Source: Pristiophorus japonicus
Lineage: Eukaryota
Length of the DNA: 64,000 nt
Assembly: GCF_044704955.1 (NCBI RefSeq)
Contig: NC_092008.1
Coordinates: 2,294,001-2,358,000 of the forward strand
Reading direction: 5' to 3'
Shown piece after piece: positions 24,401-36,214 of the stretch. A program made the translations under genes and the position numbers. Positions within the stretch are counted from its first letter, which is position 1; each line of letters starts with the position of its first letter. The notes under the pieces were generated by a model, which saw only the letters and a list, made by a program, of their open reading frames with translations, was not told the origin of the DNA and did no database searches.

Positions 24401-27311
24401 ACAGTGCGGCGCTCCCTCAGTACTGCCCCTCCGACAGTACGGCGCTCCCTCAGTACTGCCCCTCCGACAGTGCGGCGCTCCCTCAGTACTGCCCCTCCGA
24501 CAGTACAGCGCTCCCTCAGTACTGCCCCTCAGACAGTGTGGCGCTCCCTCAGTACTGCCCCTCCGACAGCTCAGTGCGGTGCTCCCTCAGTACTGCACTG
24601 GGAGTGTCAGCCTGGTTTTATGTGCTCGAGTCTCTGGAGTGGGACTCGAACCCACAACCTTCTGGCTCTGAGGCGAGGGTGCTGCCCACTGAGCCACGAC
24701 TGACACAACCGCTGGGCAAGGAGAGGGGCAGCCTGAGGTATCTCCACGGTTGAATATCCTTCCAGCTTTCCTCCATACGCCAGCTCGTTGGAGCTCTTCG
24801 GCGATCGTTGTGCGCTCCAGGTGCGCTGAAACCCTTTCGCAGTGCAGTCACTGCCCTTAGAGACACAAACATGAAGAACAGCCATTGGTGGTGAGCTAAT
24901 GGGTCACTGAGTACCTGATCGAGAAACAGGGGCAGGAGTCGGCCATTCGGCCACTCGAGCCTGCACCACCATTCAATATGATCATGGCTGATCATTCCCT
25001 CAGTACCCCATTCCTGCTTTCTCTCCATACCCCTTGATCCCTTTAGCCGTAAGGGCCACATCTAACTCCCTTTTGAATATATCTAACGAACTGGCCTCAA
25101 CAACTCTCTGTGGTAGAGAATTCCACAGGTTCACCACTCTCTGGGTGAAGAAGTTTCTCCTCATCTCGGTCCTAAATGGCTTACCCCTTATCCTTAGACT
25201 GTGACCCCTGGTTCTGGACTTCCCCAACATCGGGAACATTCTTCCTGCATCTAACCTGTCCAGTCCCGTCAGAATTTTATATGTTTCTATGAGATCCCCT
25301 CTCATTCTTCTAAACTCCAGTGAATATAAGCCCAGTCGATCCAGTCTTTCTTCATATATCAGTCCTGCCATCCCGGGAATCAGTCTGGTGAACCTTCGCT
25401 GCACTCCCTCAATAGCAAGAACGTCCTTCCTCAGATTAGGAGACCAAAACTGAACACAATATTCCAGGTGTGGTCTCACCAAGACCCTGTACAACTGCAG
25501 TAAGACCTCCCTGCTCCTATACTCAAATCCCCTCGCTATGAAGGCCAACATACCATTTGCCTTCTTCACCGCCTGCTGTACCTGCATGCCAACCTTCAAT
25601 GACTGATGTACCATGACACCCAGGTCTCGTTGCACCTCCCCTTTTCCTAATCTGTCACCATTCAGATAATATTCTGCCTTCTTGTTTTTGCCCCCAAAGT
25701 GGATAACCTCACATTTATCCACATTATACTGCATCTGCCATGTATTTGCCCACTCACCTAACCTGTCCAAGTCACCCTGCAGCCTCTTAGCATCCTCCTC
25801 ACAGCTCACACCGCCACCCAGCTTAGTGTCATCTGCAAACTTGGAGATATTACATTCAATTCCTTCATCTAAATCATTAATGTATATTGTAAATAGCTGG
25901 GGTCCCAGCACTGAACCTTGTGGTACCCCACTAGTCAAATGGGCCGCCCCTTATTCTGAGACTGTGCCCCCTAGTTCTAGATTCCCCCACGAGGGGGAAA
26001 CATCCTCTCTGCATCCACCCTGTCCAGCCCCCCTCAGAATCTGATACGTTTCGATAAGATCACCTCTCATTCTCCTAAACTCCAATGAGTACAGGCCCAA
26101 CCTGCTCAACCTTTCCTCATAAGAATTTGTCGATTTTTACACAGGTCAGTCGGCAAGAAATCGGAGCAGGATGCCGGACTCTGGGACCATTGTTTGCACT
26201 GTGGGAGTTATCCTGGGAGCTCTGGGCTTGGCGATTACCCTGTTCCTGATCGCTAAAATATGCAAACGGTGAGATCCACGCAGCCTTATCCTTTTCTGTT
26301 TCTGCACCGTGTAATACTGAGCTACCCCCTCGTTGACCACTGCTCCACCCAGTGGTCCAGAGTGGTATCATCATCGGCAGTCCCTCGGAATCGAGGGAGA
26401 CTTGCTTCCATTCTGAAAGTGAGTTCTTCGGTGGCTGAACAGTCCAATACAGGAATTACAGACCCTGTCACAGGTGGGACAGATAGTGGTTCGAGGAATC
26501 TGCCATCCAGCTCATGGTCGACAGGGCTGTAGTGATACCCGCCCTTCTGTATGGCTCAGAGACATGGATCATGTAAAGTAGACACCTCAAGTCAATGGAG
26601 AAATACCACCAACGCTGTCTCCGCAAAATCCTGCAAATCCCCCGGGAGGACAGACGCACCAACGTTAGCGTCCTCGACCAGGCCCAACATCCCCAGCATC
26701 GAAGCACTGACCACACTCGACCAGCTCCGCTGGGCAGGGCCACATTGTCCGCATGTCCCCCCAGACACGAGACTCCCAAAGCCAAGCGCTCTACTCGGAA
26801 CTCCTTCACGGGCAAACGAGCCAAAGGTGGGCAGAGGAAACGTTACAGGGACCACCCTCAAAGCCTCCCTGATAAAGTGCAACATCCCCCACCGACACCT
26901 GGGAGTCCCTGGGCCCAAAGACCAGTCCGCCCTAAGTGGAGGGAGTGCATCCGGGAGGCCGCTGAGCGCCTCGAGTCTCGTCGCCGAGAGCGTGCAGAAA
27001 CCAAGCGCAGGCAGCGGAAGGAGCGTGCGGCAAACCAGTCCCACCCTCCCCTTCCCTCAACCACTGTCTGTCCCACCCTGTGACAGGGACTGTGGCTCCC
27101 GTATTGGACTGTTCAGCCACGTGAGGCCTCATGTTAAGAGTGGAAGCAAGTCTTCCTCGATCCCAAGGGACTGCCGATGATGATGAGTGAAGGTGTGGGT
27201 AGGGAGACTCAACGTTCGGGCGTTTCGAAGGCGACGGGCAGCGACTGATACCTCCGTTAATTCCCTTCCAGGCCGGCTAAGCTTTGCGCTGGACGGGTCG
27301 GCAAGCAGTGA
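15348..27311 (+). CDS. WA: MHC W-category alpha chain gene (WA-like), 5 coding exons: 15348-15432, 19098-19370, 23323-23604, 26145-26268, 27272-27311; ~267 aa
   Basis: Exons join in frame with GT-AG introns (phases 1,1,1,2): leader, alpha1, C1-set Ig alpha2, CP/TM, cytoplasmic tail. alpha2 has beta2m-like [11 protein letters not shown] (no C-strand Trp) and DDWTF. TM has the class II alpha CxxGxxxGxxG motif. Confidence 0.88.
15665..17092 (+). repeat. 43-bp satellite derived from the CR1 3' end (also 10677-10935 on - and 28430-29105 on +)
   Basis: Unit gtaacaggctcgaggggctgaacggcctcctcctgtccctaat resembles the CR1 tail gcaggctcgaggggccgaatggccgactcctgctcct. Confidence 0.9.
17690..18918 (+). 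mobile_element. HER1-like CR1-clade LINE fragment
   Basis: [15 protein letters not shown]; 3' end gggcaataaa shared with the HE1-like SINE. Confidence 0.78.
19098..19370 (+). CDS. WA: WA exon 2, alpha1 (membrane-distal) domain
   Basis: Acceptor ttcccc-ttcctag|, 273 nt, donor A|gtaagt. [18 protein letters not shown] aligns by eye to class I alpha1 RFIAVGYVDDTQFVRFDS; C-terminal NGT sequon lies at the usual MHC position. Confidence 0.85.
19570..20427 (-). mobile_element. CR1 LINE 3' fragment
   Basis: 221-aa ORF2 C-terminus 19662-20327. Confidence 0.92.
20430..21098 (-). mobile_element. LTR-element remnant (PPT + 3' LTR) in WA intron 2
   Basis: On -, polypurine AAAAGGAGGGAG (21062-21051) directly followed by TGTAAGG at 21050; TATAAA ~20565; no polyA signal seen. 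Confidence 0.55.
21230..22775 (+). mobile_element. RTE fragment (21230-21900) followed by a CR1 3' fragment (21900-22745)
   Basis: LLYGSETW...[13 protein letters not shown], then [11 protein letters not shown]...LVRPHLEYC. Confidence 0.88.
22778..23210 (-). repeat. 33-bp array + start of the Deu domain
   Basis: Reverse complement of the 14087-14770 arrangement. Confidence 0.8.
23323..23604 (+). CDS. WA: WA exon 3, alpha2 C1-set Ig domain (beta2-microglobulin-like)
   Basis: ttgcag| acceptor, 282 nt, G|gtaggt donor; KPEAEIY...PNILYC...FYP...DDWTF...[10 protein letters not shown]. Confidence 0.93.
23690..24707 (-). mobile_element. SINE tRNA-like head (A/B boxes) + 33-bp array
   Basis: On -, TGGCTCAGTGG (A box) and GGTTCGAGTCC (B box), then the tandem 33-mers. 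Confidence 0.85.
24925..26123 (-). mobile_element. CR1 LINE fragments (two subfamilies)
   Basis: 312-aa RT C-terminal ORF 25000-25938; second piece 25937-26123. Confidence 0.92.
26145..26268 (+). CDS. WA: WA exon 4, connecting peptide + transmembrane
   Basis: ttttacacag| acceptor; [42 protein letters not shown]; class II alpha-type TM glycine motif. Confidence 0.88.
26510..27186 (+). mobile_element. RTE LINE 3' fragment in WA intron 4
   Basis: [12 protein letters not shown], zinc finger, gatgatgatga tail. Confidence 0.85.
27272..27311 (+). CDS. WA: WA exon 5, cytoplasmic tail (R)[12 protein letters not shown]
   Basis: Strong acceptor ttcccttccag|, phase 2 matches the exon 4 donor CG|gtgaga, in-frame TGA; candidate AATAAA at 28273-28278. 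Confidence 0.6.
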
Positions 27312-27607
27312 GCTCGAGGGAGAGGATGGAGACGTGACGGAGAAAGGTCAGTGTGATTAACCCCATTGCAAGTTCCACCCGGTGTCACCGTCACGGTGAC
27401 CAGACACGGCATTGGTTCACGATCCAGTGTCCGGGAACTTTAACCCCGTCCCAAACATTCTCCAACGGTCCGTCTGACAGCAACCGAGCACACATTGAAA
27501 CATCGCGGATTAACCCCGTCATCCGCGACAGAAATCCAGTGTCGAATGGACACAGGCCCACAGGAAAACACAGGCCCAGAACTCAACACCAATTGGCACT
27601 GTGTTTA

Positions 27608-27995
27608 ATGGGAGTGTTTGACGGGACAGTGTAGAGGGAGCTTTACTCTGTATCTAACCCCCTGTACCTGCCCTGGGAGTGTTTGATGGGACAGTGTAGA
27701 GGGAGCTTTACTCTGTATCTAACCCCCTGTACCTGTCCTGGGAGTGTTTGATGGGGACAGTGTAGAGGGAGTTTTACTCTGTATCTAACCCCCTGTACCT
27801 GTCCTGGGAGTGTTTGATGGGACAGTGTAGAGGGAGCTTTACTCTGTATCTAACCCCGTGCTGTACCTGTCCTGGGAGTGTTTGATGGGACAGTGTAGAG
27901 GGAGCTTTACTCTGTATCTAACCCCGTGCTGTACCTGCCCTGGGAGTGTTTGATGGGACAGTGTAGAGGGAGCTTTACTCTGTATCTAACCCCGG
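27608..27995. repeat. Same 65-bp satellite, ~6 units, in the probable WA 3' UTR
   Basis: Same unit sequence as 2263-8980. Confidence 0.93.
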
Positions 27996-29104
27996 ATGCT
28001 GACACCGAGTGTAGGACAAATAGCGAACATGTTTAAACGACCTGGACCGGATTCACGTTGCAATATGGTAAATACTTGCCGTCTGCTTTGTCTCCAGATT
28101 CGGCGTAAGTTCGATCAGAGACCATCCATTCTTCACCGACAGGAGGATTATGGGACGTTGTGTCAAACAGAAACATTAATTGGAGATTCATCGTTTGCTT
28201 GTGGGGTGATTTTAGCCTGTAACCGATATTGTTCACAGGGGCTGGGGTAATCTTCTGTCTATACTCTCGATCAATAAACACAATGGCACCCAGCTTGTCA
28301 ATTCTTTGTCGATGATTCTTGCCGCGGGGAAGTCTAATTGATAACTGGTGCTGAACAGCAACTTCAAATTGTATTAATATAGCGCCCTTAACGTAAAGAA
28401 ATGTTGCAAGGGGCTTCACAGGAGTATTCGAGAGGGGCTGAACGGCCTCCTCCTGTCCCTAATGTAACAGGCTCGAGGGGCTGAACGGCCTCCTCCTGTC
28501 CCTAATGTAACAGGCTCGAGGGGCTGAACGGCCTCCTCCTGTTCCTAATGTAACAGGCTCGAGGGGCTGAACGGCCTCCTCCTGCTCCTAATGTAACAGG
28601 CTCGAGGGGCTGAACGGCCTCCTCCTGTCCCTAATGTAACAGGCTCGAGGGGCTGAACGGCCTCCTCCTGTCCCTAATGTAACAGGCTCGAGGGGCTGAA
28701 CGGCCTCCTCCTGTTCCTAATGTAACAGGCTCGAGGGGCTGAACGGCCTCCTCCTGTTCCTAATGTAACAGACTCGAGGGGCTGAACGGCCTCCTGTTCC
28801 TAATGTAACAGGCTCGAGGGGCTGAACGGCCTCCTCCTGTCCCTAATGTAACAGGCTCGAGGGGCTGAACGGCCTCCTCCTGTCCCTAATGTAACAGGCT
28901 CGAGGGGCTGAACGGCCTCCTCCTGTCCCTAATGTAACAGACTCGAGGGGCTGAACGGCCTCCTCCTGTCCCTAATGTAACAGGCTCGATGGGCTGAATG
29001 GCCTCCTCCTGTCCCTAATGTAACAGGCTCGAGGGGCTGAACGGCCTCCTCCTGTCCCTAATGTAACAGGCTCGAGGGGCTGAATGGCCTCCTCCTGTTC
29101 TTAA

Positions 29105-30450
29105 TGTTGGAGTCCATTATTAAAGAAGCAGTAGCAGGACATTTGGAAAAGCAAAATTCGGTCAGGCAGAGTCAGCATGGATTTATGACGGGGAAGTCAT
29201 TTTTGACAAATTTGTTGGAATTTCTTTGAGGATGTAACGAACAGGGTGGATAAAGGGGAACCAGTGGATGTGGTGTATTTGGATTTCCAGAAGGCATTTG
29301 ACAAGGTGCCACATAAAAGGTTACAGCACAAGATAAAAGTTCACGGGGTTGAGGGTAATATATTAGCATGGATAGAGGATTGGCTAACTAACTGAAAACA
29401 GACTTGGTTCATTCTCGGGTTGGCAACCAATAACTAGTGGGGTGCCGCAGGGATCAGTGCTGGGACCCCAACTATTTACAATCTATATTAACGACTTGGA
29501 AGAAGGGACTGAGTGTAACGTAGCCAAGTTTGCTGATGATACAAAGATGGGAGGAAAAGCAATGTGTGAGGAGGACACAAAAAATCTGTAAAAGGACACA
29601 GACAGGCTCATTGAGTGGGCAAAAATTTGTCAGATGGAGTATAATGTTGGAAAGTGTGAGGTCATGCACTTTGGCAGAAAAAAAATCAAAGAGCAAGTTA
29701 TTATTTAAATGGAGAAAGATTGCAAAGTGCCTCAGTACAGCGGGACCTGGGGGTTACTTGTGCATGAAACACAAAAGGATAGTATGCAGGTACAGCAAGT
29801 GATCAGGAAGGCCAATGGGATCTTGGCCTTTATTGCAAAGGGGATGGAGTATAAAAGCAGGGAAGTCTTGCTCCAGTTATACAGGGTATTGGTGAGACCA
29901 CACCTGGAGTACTGCGTGCAGTTCTGGTCTCCGTATTTACGAAAGGATATACTTGCTTTGGAGACAGTTCAGAGAAGGTTCACTCGGTTGATTCCGGGGA
30001 TGAGGGGATTGACTTATGAGGAAAGGTTGAGCAGGTTGGGCCTCTACTCATTGGAATTCAGAAGAATGAGAGGTGATCTTATCGAAACGTATCAGATTAT
30101 GAGGGGGCTCGACAAGGTGGATGCAGAGAGGATGTTCCCACTGATGGGGGAGACTAGAACTAGGGGGCATGGTCTTAGAATAAGGGGCCGCCCATTTAAA
30201 ACTGAGATGAGGAGGAATTTCTTCTCTCTGAGGGTTGTAAATCTGTGAAATTCGCTGCCTCAGAGAGCTGTGGAAGCCGGGACATTGAATAAAGTTAAGA
30301 CAGAGATAGACAGTTTCTTAACCGATAAGGGGGCGGGCAGGGAAGTGGAGCTGAGTCCATGATCGGATCAGCCACGATCGTATTAAATGGCGGAGCAGGC
30401 TCGAGGGGCCGAATGGCCGACTCCTCCTCCTATTTCTTGTGTTCTTATGT
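29105..30450 (+). mobile_element. CR1 LINE fragment
   Basis: SQHGF...YLDFQKAFDKVPH...FADD...3' UTR. Confidence 0.92.
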
Positions 30451-30769
30451 AACAGGAGCTGCATTCAGTAAATAGGTCACATTACGAAATGTTTTTCCCC
30501 ACAGCTTAAGACGACAGGACCACTTTGGCTGGAATTATGATTGCGGTAGTTCCTCGTACCTGTGGAAATCCCCTTCGTCACGTTAGTGAGACTGACTCTC
30601 TGTGTAAAATAATTGGGTTTTAACACCTCGGGGGAATAGCGATACATCGTTTGTGTCTCTCACATACCTGAAGCCTCATTGCAAGAGAGGCAGAGGGTGT
30701 GATCGGGACTGTGAATCCCCTCGTCTGTTCATGGCGGGGATAATCCCCCTGCTCTTCTTCGAAATAGTG

Positions 30770-31656
30770 CTCCTCCGACAGTGCGGCACTCCCTCAGTAC
30801 CGCCCCTCCGACAGTGCGGCGCTCCCTCAGTACCGCCTCTCCGACAGTGCGGCACTCCCTCAGTACCGCCCCTCCGACAGTGCGGCACTCGCTCAGTACC
30901 GCCCCTCCGACAGTGCGGCACTCGCTCAGTACCGCCCCTCCGACAGTGCGGCACTCCCTCAGTACCGCCCCTCCGACAGTGCGACGCTCCCTCAGTACCG
31001 CCCCTCCGACAGTGCGGCACTCGCTCAGTACTGCCCCTCCGACAGTGCGGCGCTCCCTCAGTCCCGCCCCTCCGACAGTGCGGGGCTCCCTCAGTACGGC
31101 CCCTCCGACAGTGCGGCGCTCCCTCAGTACCGCCCCTCCGACAGTGCGGCGCTCCCTCAGTCCCGCCCCTCCGACAGTGCGGCGCTCCCTCAGTACCGCC
31201 CCTCCGACAGTGCGGCGCTCCCTCAGCACCGCCCCTCCGACAGTGCGGCGCTCCCTCAGTACCGCCCCTCCGACAGTGCGGCGCTCCCTCAGTCCCGCCC
31301 CTCCGACAGTGCGGCGCTCCCTCAGTACCGCCCCTCCGACAGTGCGGCGCTCCCTCAGCACCGCCCCTCCGACAGTGCGGCGCTCCCTCAGTCCCGCCCC
31401 TCCGACAGTGCGGGGCTCCCTCAGTACCGCCCCTCCGACAGTGCGGCACTCCCTCAGCACCGCCCCTCCAACAGTGCGGGGCTCCCTCAGCACCGCCCCT
31501 CCGACAGTGCGGCGCTCCCTCAGCACCGCCCCTCCGACAGTGCGGCGCTCCCTCAGTACCGCCCCTCCGACAGTGCGGCGCTCCCTCAGTACTGCCCCTC
31601 CGACAGTGCGGCGCTCCCTCAGTACCGCCCCTCCGACAGTGCGGCGCTCCCTCAGT
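30770..31656 (-). repeat. 33-bp SINE-derived satellite
   Basis: Same unit as above. Confidence 0.93.
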
Positions 31657-31659
31657 TCT

Positions 31660-34600
31660 CACATATATATAGCGACTTTAATGTAGTGAAACGTCCCATG
31701 GAGCTTCATAGGAGTGTTATGAGACAATGGTTGAATGATTCTAATCAGGGATGCTTCAGGAGAGCAGAATTGGAGGAGTAGACATCTCGGGGGGTGTTGG
31801 GGCTGGAGGAGGTAACAGAGACAGGGAGGGGTGTAGGGGCTGGAGGAGGTTACAGAGATAGGGAGGGGTATAAGGGCTGGAGGAGGTTACAGAGATAGGG
31901 AGGGGTGTAGGGGCTGGAGGAGGTTATCGAAATAGGGAGGGATGTAGGGGCTGGAGGAGGTTACAGAGATAGGGAGGGATGTAGGGGCTGGAGGGGATTA
32001 CAGAGATAGGGAGGGGTATAGGGCCGGGTACTGAGATAGGGAGGGGTGTAGGAGCTGGAGGAGATTACAGTGATACGGAGGGGTGAGGCCATGGAGTGAT
32101 TTGTAAACAAGGATGAGAATTTTGAAATCGATGCGTTGCCTAACCAGGAGCCAATTTTGGTCAGTGAGCACAGGGGGTGATGGGTGAGTGGGACTGGGTG
32201 CGAGTTAGGACACGGGGGCAGCGAGCACAGGGGGTGATGGGTGAGCGGGACTCGGTGCGAGTTAGGACACGGGGTCAGTGAGCACAGTGGGTGATGGGTG
32301 AGCGGGACTCGGTGTGAGTTAGGACACGGGGCAGTGAGCACAGGGGGTGATGGGTGAGCGGGACTGGGTGCGAGTTAGGACACGGGGGCAGTGAGCACAG
32401 GGAGTGATGGGTGAGCGGGACTCGGTGCGAGTTAGGACACGGGGTCAGCGAGCACAGGGGGTGATGGGTGAGCGGGACTCGGTGCGAGTTAGGACACGGG
32501 GTCAGCGAGCACAGGGGGTGATGGGTGAGCGGGACTCGATGCGAGTTAGGACACGGGGTCAGCGAGCACAGGGGGTGATGGGTGAGTGGGACTTGGTGCG
32601 AGTTAGGACACGGGTCAGCGAGCACAGGGGGTGATGGGTGAGCGGGACTCGATGCGAGTTAGGACACGGGGTCAGCGAGCACAGGGGGTGATGGGTGAGC
32701 GGGACTCGGTGCGAGTTAGGACACGGGGTCAGTGAACACAGTGGGTGATGGGTGAGCGGGACTCGGTGCGAGTTAGGACACGGGGTCAGTGAGCACAGTG
32801 GGTGATGGGTGAGCGGGACTGGGTGCGAGTTACGACACGGGGCAGCGAGCACAGGGGGTGATGGGTGAGCGGGACTCGGTGCGAGTTAGGACACGGGGTC
32901 AGTGAGCACAGGGGGTGATGGGTGAGCGGGACTCGGTGCGAGTTAGGACACGGGGTCAGTGAGCACAGGGGGTGATGGGTGAGCGGGACTCGGTGCGAGT
33001 TAGGACACGGGGGCAGTGAGCACAGGGAGTGATGGGTGAGCGGGACTCGGTGCGAGTTAGGACACGGGGTCAGCGAGCACAGGGGGTGATGGGTGAGCGG
33101 GACTCGGTGCGAGTTAGGACACGGGGTCAGTGAGCACAGTAGGTGATGGGTGAGCGGGACTGGGTGTGAGTTAGGACTCAGGGGCAGTGAGCACAGGGGG
33201 TAATGGGTGAGCGAGACTCAGTGCGAGTTAGGACACGGGGTCAGTGAGCACAGCGGGCGATGGGTGAGTGGGACTCGGTGCGAGTTAGGACACGGGGTCA
33301 GTGAGCACAGGGGGTGATGGGTGAGTGGGACTCGGTGCGAGTTAGGACACGGGGTCAGCGAGCACAGGGGGTGATGGGTGAGCGGGACTCGATGCGAGTT
33401 AGGACACGGGGTCAGTGAACACAGGGGGTGATGGGTGAGCGGGACTCGGTGCGAGTTAGGACACGGGGTCAGCGAGCACAGGGGGTGATGGGTGAGCGGG
33501 ACTCGGTGCGAGTTAGGACACGGGGTCAGCGAGCACAGAGGGTGATGGGTGAGCGGGACTCGGTGCGAGTTAGGACACGGGGGCAGTGAGCACAGGGAGT
33601 GATGGGTGAGCGGGACTCGGTGCGAGTTAGGACACGGGGTCAGCGAGCACAGGGGGTGATGGGTGAGCGGGACTCGGTGCGAGTTAGGACACGGGTCAGC
33701 GAGCACAGGGGGTGATGGGTGAGCGGGACTCGGTGCGAGTTAGGACACGGGGGCAGTGAGCACAGGGGGTGATGGGTGAGCGGGACTTGGTGCGAGTTAG
33801 GACACGGGGTCAGTGAGCACAGTGGGTGATGGGTGAGTGGGACTTGGTGCGAGTTAGGACACGGGTCAGCGAGCACAGGGGGTGATGGGTGAGCGGGACT
33901 CGATGCGAGTTAGGACACGGGGTCAGCGAGCACAGGGGGTGATGGGTGAGTGGGACTTGGTGCGAGTTAGGACACGGGTCAGCGAGCACAGGGGGTGATG
34001 GGTGAGCGGGACTCGATGCGAGTTAGGACACGGGGTCAGCGAGCACAGGGGGTGATGGGTGAGCGGGACTCGGTGCGAGTTAGGACACGGGGTCAGTGAG
34101 CACAGTGGGTGATGGGTGAGCGGGACTCGGTGCGAGTTAGGACACGGGGTCAGTGAGCACAGTGGGTGATGGGTAAGCGGGACTGGGTGCGAGTTAGGAC
34201 ACGGGGCAGCGAGCACAGGGGGTGATGGGTGAGCGGGACTCGGTGCGAGTTAGGACACGGGGTCAGTGAGCACAGCGGGTGATGGGTGAGTGGGACTTGG
34301 TGCGAGTTAGGACACGGGTCAGCGAGCACAGGGGGTGATGGGTGAGCGGGACTCGGTGCGAGTTAGGACACGGGGTCAGTGAGCACAGGGGGTGATGGGT
34401 GAGCGGGACTCGGTGCGAGTTAGGACACGGGGGCAGTGAGCACAGGGAGTGATGGGTGAGCGGGACTCGGTGCGAGTTAGGACACGGGGTCAGCGAGCAC
34501 AGGGGGTGATGGGTGAGCGGGACTCGGTGCGAGTTAGGACACGGGGTCAGTGAGCACAGTAGGTGATGGGTGAGCGGGACTGGGTGTGAGTTAGGACTCA

Positions 34601-35885
34601 GGGGCTGTGAGCACAGGGGGTAATGGGTGAGCGGGACTTGGTGCGAGTTAGGACACGGGGTCAGTGAGCACAGTGGGTGATGGGTGAGTGGGACTTGGTG
34701 CGAGTTAGGACACGGGTCAGCGAGCACAGGGGGTGATGGGTGAGCGGGACTCGATGCGAGTTAGGACACGGGGTCAGCGAGCACAGGGGGTGATGGGTGA
34801 GTGGGACTTGGTGCGAGTTAGGACACGGGTCAGCGAGCACAGGGGGTGATGGGTGAGCGGGACTCGATGCGAGTTAGGACACGGGGTCAGCGAGCACAGG
34901 GGGTGATGGGTGAGCGGGACTCGGTGCGAGTTAGGACACGGGGTCAGTGAGCACAGTGGGTGATGGGTGAGCGGGACTCGGTGCGAGTTAGGACACGGGG
35001 TCAGTGAGCACAGTGGGTGATGGGTGAGCGGGACTGGGTGCGAGTTAGGACACGGGGCAGCGAGCACAGGGGGTGATGGGTGAGCGGGACTCGGTGCGAG
35101 TTAGGACACGGGGTCAGTGAGCACAGGGGATGATGGGTGAGTGGGACTTGGTGCGAGTTAGGACACGGGTCAGCGAGCACAGGGGGTGATGGGTGAGCGG
35201 GACTCGGTGCGAGTTAGGACACGGGGTCAGTGAGCACAGGGGGTGATGGGTGAGCGGGACTCGGTGCGAGTTAGGACACGGGGGCAGTGAGCACAGGGAG
35301 TGATGGGTGAGCGGGACTCGGTGCGAGTTAGGACACGGGGTCAGCGAGCACAGGGGGTGATGGGTGAGCGGGACTCGGTGCGAGTTAGGACACGGGGTCA
35401 GTGAGCACAGTAGGTGATGGGTGAGCGGGACTGGGTGTGAGTTAGGACTCAGGGGCTGTGAGCACAGGGGGTAATGGGTGAGCGAGACTCAGTGCGAGTT
35501 AGGACACGGGGGCAGCGAGCACAGGGGACGATGGGTGAGCGGGACTCGGTGCGAGTTAGGACACGGGGGGCAGTCGAGTTTTGGATCACCTCTAGTTTAC
35601 GTCGGGTAGAATGTGGGAGGCCAGCCAGGAGCGCAGCACGTTGGAATAGTCAAGTCTGGAGGTAACAGGGGCAGGGATGAGGGCTTCAGCAGCGGATGAG
35701 CTGAGGCGGGGGGGGGGGGGCCAGAGATGGACGATGGTACGGAGGTGGGTATGGGGAGAATGTGCGGTCAGAAGCTCGAGTCAGGGTGAAACTCGAGGCC
35801 GAGCTTGCGAACAGTCTGGTTCAGCCTCAGACAGAGGTTGGGGTGAGGGACGGGGTTGGTGGCTGGGGAACGCAGTTTGTGGCGG
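31660..35885 (-). mobile_element. L2-clade LINE fragment with a ~3.4 kb 57-bp satellite (32160-35570)
   Basis: Reverse-complement equivalent of 12320-14045 with a much larger array. Confidence 0.78.
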
Positions 35886-36214
35886 GCACCACTTGTCTGT
35901 GCTCACTTCGTCACCTGACTCACCACGGGCAAATGAGATAAGTGACCCAGCCATCTGTTTGTGGTGGTGTTGGCCAGGATTCATGGCCCTCACCTCTTCT
36001 CTCAGCACATGCTATAAAACCACAGAGCGAGACAGGACAGGAGGAGGCCCTTGGCTAATCGAGTCCGTGCTGTGCCGTCTCCGTGGACGAACGACACCAT
36101 CAGTCCCACTCCGCCCGCCTCTTGCTCTTTCCCCACTTCTGACCGTACGATGCAGCGAAGCGCATTTAAGGAGCAACTGAAGATGGTTAAGCCTAGGACA
36201 CGGCCCTGGAGAGC

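Noticed and set aside
24630-24707. tRNA gene
   Set aside because: A and B boxes are present, but the sequence runs straight into a SINE body; it is a SINE head.
789-27311. Classical MHC class II A/B (or DM) pair, or a beta2-microglobulin gene
   Set aside because: The Trp/Gly pattern is reversed relative to class II (alpha2 DWTF, beta2 DGTF, beta1 AYDG), and the beta2m-like exon is flanked by in-phase alpha1 and TM exons.
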